54,492 nucleotides of DNA, filler included, from Squatina squatina (GCA_031763465.1; 3 parts of 3 records of this genome joined end to end with filler, not necessarily neighbours in it); one strand, 5' to 3'; positions 12,731-24,389 are shown, counted from the first letter of the whole stretch. Notes: generated from the letters alone by a model not told the origin. Numbers and translations are program-made.

Positions 12731-13135
12731 NNNNNNNNNNNNNNNNNNNNNNNNNNNNNNNNNNNNNNNNNNNNNNNNNNNNNNNNNNNNNNNNNNNNNN
12801 NNNNNNNNNNNNNNNNNNNNNNNNNNNNNNTATCTAGGCCGTACACTTGTTGTAGTCTCAACATTGCGTCATACAACAAGATGTACACAAAAACAGTAAC
12901 TGATAATGTGTTTGAAGTTTAAACAGCTAAGATCCCAGGAAAGAAGTATTTTTGTCACTATTTCATCTTTATCCCAAATATATATTTTTTAAAAAAGCAT
13001 TGCCACTATATAAACCTCAGTGTTTCTGACAGGGGCCGTGTTACACTTATGTGGTGTGTTAGTAGACAATAAAACCTGTAGTTGCTTCAAAAATATAATA
13101 TTTCAGTTTCACACAAGCATTATTTGAAGGCCTAC

Positions 13136-13200
13136 CAGAGAATATTCAGTATAGCACAAGTAGTGAGTCCTCCAGTGACAGCTCGGCGGAACCACATTAC
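13136..13200 (-). CDS. 65-nt internal exon of putative Trp/Tyr-permease-like transporter (VMWFRRAVTGGLTTCAILNIL)
   Basis: Long pyrimidine tract ttctttttcttttcttgtgtaag|, donor TG|gtaggc, phase 0 to 2; TG+G completes Trp with exon 9865-10002. Confidence 0.75.
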
Positions 13201-13894
13201 CTTACACAAGAAAAGAAAAAGAACAGGTTATCTCCTGAAAAATGAAATACAAAAACACCCAGTGCCAGAGAACAAATGTAATAAGCCTTNNNNNNNNNNA
13301 AAATGCAGTACAAAATGCCAATTTAATGTGAAATACTTATTCTTTATTTGTCAAGTTAGCATATTTCTTTGCTGTTAAATAATCAAAAGGGAAGATTCTG
13401 ATGTTTAGAATGTCGATATTTCTTGCCATCAGAGCTGTCAGTTTATAGTCACAAGTCGTATACTGTGCGATTTTCTGGTATTTTTAAGTTCCTTGTTTTA
13501 AATTAGTGTCACTTTTTCCTGGCTGAGATATCCCACTTTCAATATTATACTACAACCATGTGAACTCATTTTATATGTGACAAATACACTGAAAAGTCAG
13601 TTTCTCCAAACAACAAACAAATCATTATTCATCACAATACAATAAAAAAAAAATACATTAATGTAATGAAGATACTGCTGTAGTCANNNNNNNNNNNNNN
13701 NNNNNNNNNNNNNNNNNNNNNNNNNNNNNNNNNNNNNNNNNNNNNNNNNNNNNNNNNNNNNNNNNNNNNNNNNNNNNNNNNNNNNNGACAATATCATGTC
13801 GGGGGCCCGATTTCTGGGACCGACGCTAACAGTTCCGGCCCCGGAGAATTACCACCCCCAAATGGGGCACTCTGGAATTTTGCGCCCCTAGACC

Positions 13895-14385
13895 TTGACA
13901 TGTTACTTCCTCTTTCCACTGTATCTGCAACATTGCTGTTTCAAACATCAGATGCACATCGAATTGCAGATGTTCACCCAATGCATCGTCTACTATTCCT
14001 ATTGTTAGTTTGTTCCTGATTATTTCTTTTTTGGACATAATTCATCCATACTCATTGTCTTGCTAATCTGTGAAGATCAGTTAAGAATGCTTTTGCAGGC
14101 TCTCAGTGTTGCTATTTTATTTTATAGAATAAGCCCTTTTATAAATCATATCTTTCTTGGTGTTGAAATGCCCATCGAACTTTCCTAGCACTGTGACATG
14201 TTTTTCATTTTCATCATTTGTCAGATTGAATGATATGAGAATATCCTCTACTTTATTACCCAAGCAGTAAATCAGTGCAATTCATTGTCTATCAGCTAGT
14301 CTTGACATTATACAATAGTATTTCCATCTAATTTTCCAGTTCAGCTATTCCTCAGACTTGGAAAAATTAAGTTTCCCCAGAGGAA
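13895..14385 (-). mobile_element. Gypsy LTR retrotransposon gag relic
   Basis: ALIYCLGNKVEDILISFNL...VLGKFDGHFNTKKDMIYKRA and KKEIIRNKLTIGIVDDALGEHLQ; stops and frameshifts present. Confidence 0.75.
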
Positions 14386-14820
14386 CTATTGCAAATCACT
14401 TCTGTCATACTTAGTTTTGCTGGATGCTTAACTCACATTTCCAACATCCTGACACTGTTGCACTTGCAGCACATCTAGCTTTGACTTTCCTGCTCAATGC
14501 TTATACTGGCTTCTGGTTTTTTCTTATTTGAAGATTCACATGGATTTTAGCCAGCAGAAAGCAGACAAACTCATTGGCTTTATTACAAGTAAAGTTAATT
14601 GATCACAGAGACAGGTAAACCTAATGGATCAAAGAGGATAGAGATTCATACAGAGATATCCATTGCTTCCGAGCAGGTGGGAAAACCTTGCCTAAAGTTG
14701 ACACTGGCCTCAGGTAATTTNNNNNNNNNNNNNNNNNNNNNNNNNNNNNNNNNNNNNNNNNNNNNNNNNNNNNNNNNNNNNNNNNNNNNNNNNNNNNNNN
14801 NNNNNNNNNNNNNNNNNNNN

Positions 14821-15010
14821 ACAGTGGTCCCAGTACTGAGTCTTGTGGAACACTACCATCCACCTTCTGCCACTGTGAATAGCTACCGTTTTAACCCCTA
14901 CTCTCTGCTTTCGGTTTTGAAGCCAGCTAGCTATCCAATCTGCTACTTGTTCCCTGACTCTGCATTCTCTGATCTTGTTCATCAGTCTATTATGGGGCAC
15001 CTTATCAAAT
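14821..15010 (-). mobile_element. CR1 LINE reverse transcriptase fragment
   Basis: FDKVPHNRLMNKI...WIASWLQNRKQRVGV and SVPQDSVLGPL (RT motifs), frameshifted. Confidence 0.9.
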
Positions 15011-15935
15011 TGTTTGCACAAAGTCTGTGGAAGTGGCATGTTTAATAGGCTGGAAAGGCTTTTCTCATTTTATTCTTTTGACTATATTCTCTGATTTTGT
15101 TTCCATGGGAATAGTTTGACAAGAAGCTCAAGGAGCAACCAAATTGAGACCCCAGAGAAAGAAATACACTTATTTTGGCACAGTATTTGATTGTGTAAAT
15201 CATAATCTCATCAGATACCCTCAAGCTTAAAGTGATTGTCAAGCTTAATAGATGTGGCAAACATTAAAATCATCAGATAAAAAGTTCCATTTTGACAGTT
15301 TGATCAGATTTCGTCTGGAGGGAAACTTATCCTTAAAGCAAAATATATACGCAGGGGTAGAATTCTGAGCTGGGATACACCCCTCCAGAAATACCTCCAA
15401 TGTGCACTGGTACAAGTCAATTTGATTTTTTTTTTGAAGAATGCAGCATAATTATAAAACCATTTCAAATGTTAGCATTTTTTTTACATAATTGTCTTAT
15501 AAGTCATAGATTCCACTTATTGACTACATGATAAGTACCTCACAGCATTTCCATTAGATAAATTGAGTTGGAATTAAAAAAGTTATATATAGTTGTGCAG
15601 GGATGCAGCCATAATACTGTAGTGGTGATGTTGCCAAAGGCACATTAAAAATAAGTATTATTCCTGATATTTCAAGGGTCTCCATGCAGTTGCACAGAGA
15701 CTGCTATACAGTAGAACTTACATTGGTTCAATTAATTGAAACAGCTTTTTAAACATGTCCTTTGGCTATCATAAAATTAGTCAGTATAAAATGAATTACT
15801 GTGAAATATATGAAATCAAATTAAAACATTCATGTNNNNNNNNNNNNNNNNNNNNNNNNNNNNNNNNNNNNNNNNNNNNNNNNNNNNNNNNNNNNNNNNN
15901 NNNNNNNNNNNNNNNNNNNNNNNNNNNNNNNNNNN

Positions 15936-16118
15936 ACACGCTCCACCATTGGATTGATTCAACTTTCATCAAGGATATAAGGTGCATAACTTCCTTAGTC
16001 GGCCATGAAGTGTTCCAGGATCATAATTTCAGGCCAGTAGTTGTCGATAGCTGTGGTTTTACCCAAACTGCCCAAACTAAGAACTCATCATTTGAGGATG
16101 ACGACTGCAAACTCATAT
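15936..16118 (-). pseudogene. Decayed coding exon of unidentified gene
   Basis: After acceptor ttcttcattgtaag|, the frame YEFAVVILK**VLSLGSLGKTTAIDNYWPEIMILEHFMAD*GSYAPYILDES*INPMVER has protein-like RNY codons, four stops and no evident frameshift; the in-phase antisense frame is open. Confidence 0.4.
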
Positions 16119-16875
16119 CTTACAATGAAGAAATAGAGAACATTCTGTGTATATACATGAGGTGGTCCAAAGAAATTTCCTTTTCACAGTTTTGACAAAA
16201 ATCAAACTGGTGGGATAGCGTTTCCAGCGATTTAGATTCTCAGTTGGACCTAAAGAAACATATTTTGTTACCTTTCAATTCATTCACAATTAGCAAACAA
16301 GTGTATGTCAAATTTACCTTAAGTTGATAAATGGAAAATGACATTACAACTTTAAAACTTTTTGTACACAATGAAGTATAGAAGTGTTACAGAAATACCC
16401 TGAAGGAGTCTGGTCTGCGATGGCAGTTCTTCATTCTTCTCTCCACTCACTCCTGGTTTCCATGCTGCCAAGAATCACAGAACTCCCTCTAAAGTACAAA
16501 CAATTCGAACAGCTGCAGTGTTTGAAAGACACACAAGCCCATGGTGCAGAGCCAGTGGTGGTTTAAAAGGCCCCGTGGCACTGAAATTCCAAATGCCAAT
16601 TACATATGGTGACAGCTTCAGAACTTAGAGCCCTGTATAAATCCCAAGTTCCTCCTAGACTGGAATATTGCTCCAAGTACCTTTCTCAGTCTCATATATC
16701 TGGGTAGGTTACTGGAATAAATGTGTTGTCAGTCACGTGATGCCTCTCTCATCTCTAACCTCCCATCTCTCTCTCTCTCTACTGCAACCCCTTGTATTTA
16801 CGTATTTTATTGCTGGTCTTATCTTCTTTTTTCCTTCAAAAATTCCAAATGTATCATTTTGCCTGTTTATGGTGT

Positions 16876-17322
16876 CAGCCATGGCTCACTGATAGCACTC
16901 TCACCTCTGAGTCAGAAGGTTGTGGGTTTAAGCTCCACTCCAGAGACTTGAGCAGAAAAATCTAGGCTGCCAATTCAGTGCTGTACTGAGGGAGTGCTGC
17001 AGTGTCAGAGGTGCCATCTTTTGGGTGAGGTGACAAACTGAGGCACTGTCTGCCCTCTCAGGTGGATGTTAAAGATCCCATGGCACTATTCGAAGAAGGG
17101 CAGGAGAGATTTCCCGGTATCAAGGCCAATATTTATCCCTCAACCAATGCCTAAAACAGATTATCTGGTAATTTTCTTTGTTGCTGTTTGTGGGAGCTTG
17201 CTGTGCGCAAATTGGCTGCTGCATCTCCCGAAATTACAACAGCGACTACACTTCAAAAGAGTAATTCATTGGCTGTAAAATGCTTTGGGATGGCCTGAGG
17301 TCATGAAAGGCGCTATAGAAAT
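16876..17322 (+). mobile_element. Deu-domain SINE (SacSINE1-like), full length
   Basis: tRNA-like head TGGCTCACTGATAGCAC...GGGTTTAAGCTCC; core GTTAAAGATCCCATGGCACTATTCGAAGAAG...GTTTGTGGGAGCTTGCTGTGCGCAAATTGGCTGC; tail GAAAGGCGCTATAGAAAT. Confidence 0.85.
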
Positions 17323-18098
17323 AGGCACACCCTCACTGTGATAAAATTGACTCGTTGCCCCCTCTCTCCTATTGCGGTGTTCATTTCCAGCCATAGGGTC
17401 ACGGGGAGTTCCTGCCCTGNNNNNNNNNNNNNNNNNNNNNNNNNNNNNNNNNNNNNNNNNNNNNNNNNNNNNNNNNNNNNNNNNNNNNNNNNNNNNNNNN
17501 NNNNNNNNNNNNNNNNNNNAATACTCTTTATACACAAGATAACATACACCTCAATCTGAAAGGCACATTACGCTTTTATGACCTAATAAAATGCTCTGAA
17601 GATTCTGTCAATTTAATTAATTGCTCATTTTGAGGTATCTTATAATGAAAATAATTAAGTGCTTATACAACATTCATTGGCTTCATTGTTCAGTCTATTA
17701 AATTGATTGAATGAATTATTTTTGTTAATGTGCATTTCTTTTTCCAAATCTTTCCAACCTGACAGTTAACAGCCTTTGAAGGCTGGAAATATCTAGTCAT
17801 TCTATGACCGAGTCTCCTCATAAACATTATCTACTGCCATTGCATTATTATCCAATGGACTGCAAATAGGTGGTAGATCTATAGTGTCGGACTCAGTTGT
17901 TAATAACAACCACTACTTATCAGTGAAGATCACCATCAAATGGTATTTTGTTTGTGTATTTGAAATCGGCCGCACATTTAATTCCTGCTGTAAGTAACAA
18001 CATGTCCTTTGGTAAATTCAACTATAACTTTTCGGTAATGTTATTCGGTAATTTTCCTTTGAAGAGGAAAATGTCCCTCCCTTCACCATTGCATATTT

Positions 18099-18309
18099 CT
18101 AAAAGTCGGTGTGTTTTTTTGTATTTTGAATATTCTCAAACACATCCAAGCCTGCCTTTAAATAAACCTGAGCAGATCTAATGCTGTTCAGCACCATAGA
18201 TAGCATTGTGGATTGAGATTGGTTTGTCTGTTGAAGTCTGCAGTGGTTAAGAGCTTCTTTCACGACAGAGAATTGGTTTGACGTCTCATCGAGTTGATAC
18301 AGAATATTT
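18099..18309 (-). CDS. NAALADL2: NAALADL2 terminal exon
   Basis: Acceptor gttttgtgtttcag|; (R)NILYQLDETSNQFSVVKEALNHC...VLNSIRSAQVYLKAGLDVFENIQNTKKHTDF* matches the recalled NAALADL2 end (RNILYHLDE...VLNSINSAQVYFKAGLDVF); convergent with TBL1XR1. Confidence 0.9.
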
Positions 18310-18461
18310 CTGAAACACAAAACAACATATTATGCCCTGAATCTACTGTTCTTCCTCCACANNNNNNNNNNNNNNNNNNNNNNNNNNNNNNNNNNNNNNN
18401 NNNNNNNNNNNNNNNNNNNNNNNNNNNNNNNNNNNNNNNNNNNNNNNNNNNNNNNNNNNNN

Positions 18462-19660
18462 ACTATGTAGTAATCACCACATGTGGTGTTCAATTTAGCA
18501 GTCTGGAGTCACTCTGTGCTCATTGCCTATGGTGTAATTAAGACCACATTTTCCACAGCATTAAAGCCTAGAACTACAAATTAAAACTTGCTCTGGCAGG
18601 AGCCACTAATAATCCCACAAAATCAGCAGACTTCATGCTGGTAAGACACTAAGGATTCTGAACTGAGCATCAAACCAAGGGAAATAGTCCAAACACATTC
18701 ATAGACAGCAAGATCATTTCATAGACTGGTTACCATAGACTTAAATTTAATGAACAAATATTCTATCATCTTTGCAAATAGATAAAATAATTTGCAGTGT
18801 TAGTCTACAAATGGCTTCTGACCGATGGGAGTGAAGGTGACTAAAGCCATCAGTATTTTTTAAAGCCCAGCTGGAGTCAAGCTGCAGTGTTAAGGCAAAT
18901 CTTTTAGGTCACTTCTGCTTTGTGTAACTGAGCTGATTGCTACATCTGATATCCTTTGAATCCTCTCCTGTAACAACTAAGAACAAACACAACATGTTTC
19001 CCAGTGAGTTGGGAGCTACAGAATGATCTTCATATAAAAGCTGATCAACAGCTTCAAAAAAGTTGACACAACCCCCAGGAAGCTGACAACACAGGAACAG
19101 CCCTGACATGGGAAAACAAGTAGTTAGTGGGTTTTATAGCTTAACAAAGTGTGCACACAAATTTCCTTCACTCTTGTTAGAAAATAAATAAGTGGATGAA
19201 AGCCTGGACAAGAAATCCAAATGTCGAAAGCATAAAATTGGTGACGCATTTTCAGTGGGTGTCCAGCGGCATGCTCTCCCCGAATAAGTTGGATTTTTAC
19301 ATAAAAAATAGTGCATTTAGGTTAACTTTAAGCGCTTCCATACTTCACATTTAAAATATTTTTGCCCAGCAATTGGATTGCCCCTGAAAACGGGAGCCGG
19401 CGCCCATTGAAAGAAGTGTAAGCAGCACACGACATTCATAAAACATAAGAACATAAGAAATAGGAGCAGGAGTAGGCTATTTTGCCCCTTGAGCCTGCTC
19501 CGCCATTTAAAGAGATCATGGCTGATCTGATTCTGTTTTAATTTGTAGTTCTCGGCTTTAATGCTGTGCAAAATGTGGTCTTAATTACACCATAGGCAAT
19601 GAGCACATAGTGACTCCAGATTGCTAAATTGAACATCACATGTGGTGATTACTATATAGT
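18462..19660. repeat. 126-bp inverted repeat (arms 18462-18587 and 19535-19660)
   Basis: Arms are reverse complements with 6 mismatches counted by eye; the left arm starts at a contig edge. Confidence 0.9.
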
Positions 19661-19796
19661 TGTTGGTTTGTTGCAATAGCACAAAATGCAGCACTATCAG
19701 ATGCTCCAAGCAATTAGTGACAGTGCATAGAATGGGAATACAAATAGTGTAAACTAAAATCTGTCTATCTCAGCCTTGAATATATTCAATGACTTC
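19437..19796 (-). mobile_element. CR1 3' end interrupted by about 220 bp of foreign sequence
   Basis: CR1 tail at 19437-19533; CR1 resumes at about 19756 (AAAATCTGTCTATCTCAGCCTTGAATATATTCAATGAC). Confidence 0.75.
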
Positions 19797-19896
19797 NNNN
19801 NNNNNNNNNNNNNNNNNNNNNNNNNNNNNNNNNNNNNNNNTTAATTAATTAANNNNNNNNNNNNNNNNNNNNNNNNNNNNNNNNNNNNNNNNNNNN
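19797..19896. other. Artificial scaffold linker (six-frame stop spacer)
   Basis: 44 N + TTAATTAATTAA + 44 N. Confidence 0.95.
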
Positions 19897-20670
19897 ATTT
19901 ATACCTGAAACTTCACTCAGCCCTCGCTGTGAAAAATAATTTATGACTTCAAACTTCTTCATAGCTATTCTGGACTTTGAGCAAATGCTATATGAATTAC
20001 AAATTTTATTTTAAATAGAAATATGTTTGCCAATAAACAAGAAAAGGTTGAGCAATTTTGTAAGCAAACTTTCAGTAGAAAGTTAAAAAGTTGCAACCTG
20101 AGATTTAAAGAAAGACAGATGACATAAAAGAGCGAGTACAATTGAGAAATTGTTTTGAATCAGCATCCAGGAATTAATCATCTTCAATGAAGTCATGATA
20201 CCCATTATTTTAAAGGTGGTGCTCACTATCTAGGGTCTACCCCACCTGAAATGTTGGGTGTTCGTGGAGGTGCAGGCAGCAAATTAAATTTCATGAGGGA
20301 GGCCTAAAAGTGAGAGATACTTTGTGCTGAAAAAGTTTTTAAAAATCTAACCACTAGATTGTGTGGGAAACCATTTGCTGAGTAATCTTGCAGATTCCCA
20401 GAAGAATACCATCAATTTTCTTGGAGGTCTGAAATAATGATCTCAAGTACCAATGTGCTGATCATATATAAGCATTTAAATTTTCATAATAAGGTAATGG
20501 TTGACTCCATGCTAATAAATACTATGTATTCTAATACTGTAGTTTTACATTTGTTTCCCTGTTGGCTTTTTGATGTAATGCCTTTGATGTAATATAGTTA
20601 TTTTCCTTTATCAAAATAATGTACTTCTATGTTAATATATTCAAAATACCACTTGTATAATTTATGAAAG

Positions 20671-20751
20671 AAAGCTATAATGGAGGCTGATGAAGAGTGG
20701 GCCATGAACAAGAAGCTAGTTGACCTTTCCACACGGGATATCCGCAGGGCT
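20671..20751 (+). CDS. CWF19L2: CWF19L2 internal exon (81 nt)
   Basis: aag|[27 protein letters not shown]|gtaagt; matches recalled [27 protein letters not shown]. Confidence 0.92.
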
Positions 20752-22502
20752 GTAAGTAATTATTCCTGTTATTTAAGAAATTCTTCAAATATTTGTATCT
20801 AAGGACACACTTGTGAGGGTATTTTTCACTTTCCTGTGGGTGTAGGATGTACTCAATATCAGATGTAGCAATTGGATATTCAAGAAATTTTAACAACTAC
20901 ATTTACAAGCCAGATGTTGATTTCACAATTTCTCCATCAAACTCCAGTCTTTAACATTAGGGATGAAGTTGTGTTTCAAAAGATAAATCCCACTTTACCT
21001 TGTCTTGGGTTCTTAACTTGGGCTCCATACTTGTTCAAAAGATAAGTCTCAATTAACATTTCTTGTCAATTTGTACAACTTTAGTACACACTGAATTCCT
21101 CAACAAAAATATCTTCCTTCATGGTTTTTTGGCGTCCCCAAATGTATTGCACTAGGAAAAATTAAGAAGTGCTGTTCAGCTTCTTTCTGCTTTCATCATC
21201 TAGAATTTTTTAATAAAAGCAGACTCTGCAAACAGTTACTCAACCAAAACTATGTCCTGATTAACCAATAGTCAGATCATAAACATTTGCAGTGACTTCA
21301 GAGAGGTTCAGCTAGGTTTACTTCTCTCCTCCAGTTCAATCTGATGTTGAGGTATTGAGCCTTCATAAAATTAGGATCTTGCTAAAAAGTAACAATTCAG
21401 AGAAAACATGACATTGAAGAGTATTTAATTTTCAGGTTACACTGAGCTGAAGATATTTTTGTTATTTCTGATTTTCTTACATTTTTCATTCGTACCTTCA
21501 GGAGCAAAATTTAGACACTTTGGCAGTCTCCAGCAGTGCTGCAGAGTGAATATATCTTTTTTTCCCCTTCAAATGTACTTTGAATAGAGGAAAATAACTT
21601 GGTTGATTTTAGGAATGAGGCTCATGTGTAGGACTGAACTGAATATGGAGCTGCTTGCTATTTACTTGCGTAACAGAAATTTCTCATGGACATGGTTCTT
21701 ATTTTGGTTGGTCAGGTGTTCTTCCCCTTCCTCTCAAATCTGTATCTTTTAATCATTCCTATGCTTGCTTGCACTGTTTGAGTTTCTTCTTATTTCACTG
21801 TTGCCTATTATTTATAATTGTTGTATTTTGAGTTAGGCATTTTAACTCAGGCTGATCTGTTTACATCAAACCATGGGTAAACCATGAATGAAATTCATTA
21901 AAGAAATCAGTGTGCTAAAATGTGGGATTGGAAGAAGTAACAAATCAGAAAAAAAAGATCTTACAGATGTATTCTGCAATATATAATAAATTTAAAGGTT
22001 AGAGATGAGTTTTGAAATTTTAGATTTGAAATTCAAACAGCCCAAATACTTTGGAGCATTTATATTAGTATATTACTAAATTGAACTTGTATATTCCAAT
22101 AATCCAAATGTGAAAATAGCAAAATGGAGTTTGCTGAAGGGCAGGCATTGTGGTGTTGCTTTAGTTGTACAAGTCTGTTCTCACTGGCTTTGTGGGCATA
22201 CTATTGTCTACCATGTGTGCATGGCTTTCGACTTGCGCTGAATCCAGAATCAAGAGTTGTGATTTATTTGCAGCTTGTCAAACCTTACTAGCAGCAGGAG
22301 GAAAGTCTCATTTGTATAGGTCAACATAGTGGGTGGGTTGAGAAAAGTCAAGCTGCAACGAAGAAAGAACTTGCATTGTTACTGCACCTTTCACATCCTA
22401 AANNNNNNNNNNNNNNNNNNNNNNNNNNNNNNNNNNNNNNNNNNNNNNNNNNNNNNNNNNNNNNNNNNNNNNNNNNNNNNNNNNNNNNNNNNNNNNNNNN
22501 NN

Positions 22503-22582
22503 AGCCATGATCATATTGAATGGCGGTGCAGGCTCGAAGGGCCGAATGGCCTACTCCTGCATCTATTTTCTATGTTTCTGTG
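22503..22582 (+). mobile_element. CR1 LINE 3' tail
   Basis: GGCTCGAAGGGCCGAATGGCCTACTCCTGC...TTTCTATGTTTCTGTG. Confidence 0.8.
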
Positions 22583-23206
22583 TCTTTCGCTATTCATGCT
22601 GTTATCTCGTGTACACCATCCATACTATTTCATATCTTTCCAGTACGTATATATTCCCATTCTTTGATTTTACTCCCAAAAAGTATTACTTCACATTTAT
22701 CCAGTTTGCTTCTCTGCAAGGAGGAGGATTAATGAAAGCTGTGTTGTACAAAAAAAAAGAGGTTGCCTAAGAAACTGATAACTGTTAGCCAGATAGTATG
22801 CCAACTTTCTCCACCACCACACTGAATCTGAGTAGAAGGCATGGATTTGGAACCACAGTTCACTGCATTAACAGATCCATCCAAGTGAAGGCAATGTAAC
22901 TGTAAATACCAATGCTATCAAAAATAGAATAGGAAACCTCAAGGCGAATGAAATTCTTTAATCACTGCATCATTATAAAGGGTGGGACTTAAAATTTGCA
23001 GTAATGGTTTTCATATTAGAAGGTGGGGGAATGTAAGTCAACTCAGTCCCAGTGAGCACCTCAGCAGAGGGAGGAAGTTGACCCTCACCCCAGTTGTCAA
23101 GATATTGCGTGCGGGGGAACCGGGGAGCCAAAGAGGATGGGGGAATAAACGTACAATTTTTAAAAATACTTTGCAGAAGCAACATAAACTTTTTTTCTCT
23201 TTAAAG

Positions 23207-23347
23207 GAAATAGTTGGTGGCATGTTAGACCTGGAGCCAAGGCGTTGGCGGAAACCAATCAGAGAAAACTTTGATGATCAGAGGAAGAAAGTGCTGCAGT
23301 TTTCACATTGGTGGAAGCCGTATGACTGTACCAAAAATAAGGAATAA
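23207..23347 (+). CDS. CWF19L2: CWF19L2 terminal exon
   Basis: ttttttctctttaaag|[46 protein letters not shown], the CwfJ C-terminal end. Confidence 0.95.
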   Translation, partial: EIVGGMLDLEPRRWRKPIRENFDDQRKKVLQFSHWWKPYDCTKNKE

Positions 23348-24161
23348 TGCCACCTATTGCAGCAATATGGTTACACTGTCTTGAAATGTGGTGGGAGGAT
23401 GGGAGCTCAGTGCTTCTCAGTTTGGAAACACTGAATAATTTCAAGATCCCACTGGTTTTATCATGAAATATTGAGACGCCCGCCTAAGNNNNNNNNNNNN
23501 NNNNNNNNNNNNNNNNNNNNNNNNNNNNNNNNNNNNNNNNNNNNNNNNNNNNNNNNNNNNNNNNNNNNNNNNNNNNNNNNNNNNNNNNCACCAGATTTTC
23601 CTCCGCCTGCTTATGCAAGCGGGAAGCAGGTGGCCAACTGTTGAAAATCCCCTCCCCCTCAATGTATTTTAATGTCATTGATCCAGGTGTGGCAGCTATT
23701 GGCATTGGAAATCATTTTAGCATCAGCGACAGACATTACAAACAAAAGGATTTCATTAGGCTTTGAGGGAAGACATGGCAGATATAGCAATTTTAATATA
23801 CATCAATGAAGATCTCTAAACATCCAGGAAATTATGAATATAATTTCTTCAAGTCAGTACAAGTTGTACATTTGTCTATTTAACAATAAAGATCTCAAGA
23901 CCAAAAAGAGCAGAAATGCGGGTTCTGAGGAATGTACCATCTGAGGTCACTGATTTATAATGTAAAGCTCACATCAGTGATTCTAAACCTTTCCTTTGAA
24001 ACACAATAAATTATTTGGTAAGAACCTTAAATAAAATGAAGCCTAGAGCAGAATGTTGAAATTACAGCAGTACACCACTGCTAACATCACCGCAGATCTC
24101 TACCATTCCTGGTTTCTTGATAGTTTGCCCAGGGCTGTTTGATGTTGATGGTGAGATCCCT

Positions 24162-24389
24162 CTAGGCTTTCAGCCTTGCGCTGCTAGCCAGGTTGTATTT
24201 GATCCACAGCTGTACCTCTTCAGGAAAATCTGGGCATTCCACCTTCCTCTTATACAGGAGCTGCAGCAACTTGTCTGGGGTGCTGTACAGTACATTCTGT
24301 CGACACAGCATGGTGGCACACACAAAGCTGTCCCTGCAGGAGATGAACTCCTGCTCGATATAGAAAGCCTTTTCATCCCAGCAAAGAAT
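24162..24389 (-). CDS. THEM6: THEM6-like thioesterase-superfamily protein, terminal exon
   Basis: ttctccctccaacag|ILCWDEKAFYIEQEFISCRDSFVCA...VECPDFPEEVQLWIKYNLASSARLKA*; matches recalled THEM6 [22 protein letters not shown]...WISYNEASS. Orthologue versus paralogue unresolved. Confidence 0.88.
   Translation of the reverse strand: MLCWDEKAFYIEQEFISCRDSFVCATMLCRQNVLYSTPDKLLQLLYKRKVECPDFPEEVQLWIKYNLASSARLKA

Noticed and set aside
14640-14715. EISIASEQVGKPCLKLTLASG before a donor-like site, faintly reminiscent of a permease segment
   Set aside because: Wrong strand, no acceptor, and the resemblance rests on unreliable recall.
16876-16950. tRNA gene
   Set aside because: The A/B-box-like motifs belong to SINE heads; no intact cloverleaf seen here or at 53322.
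18890-19105. Minus-strand acceptor-like sites followed by short ORFs
   Set aside because: No recognisable NAALADL2 or other peptide; early stops.
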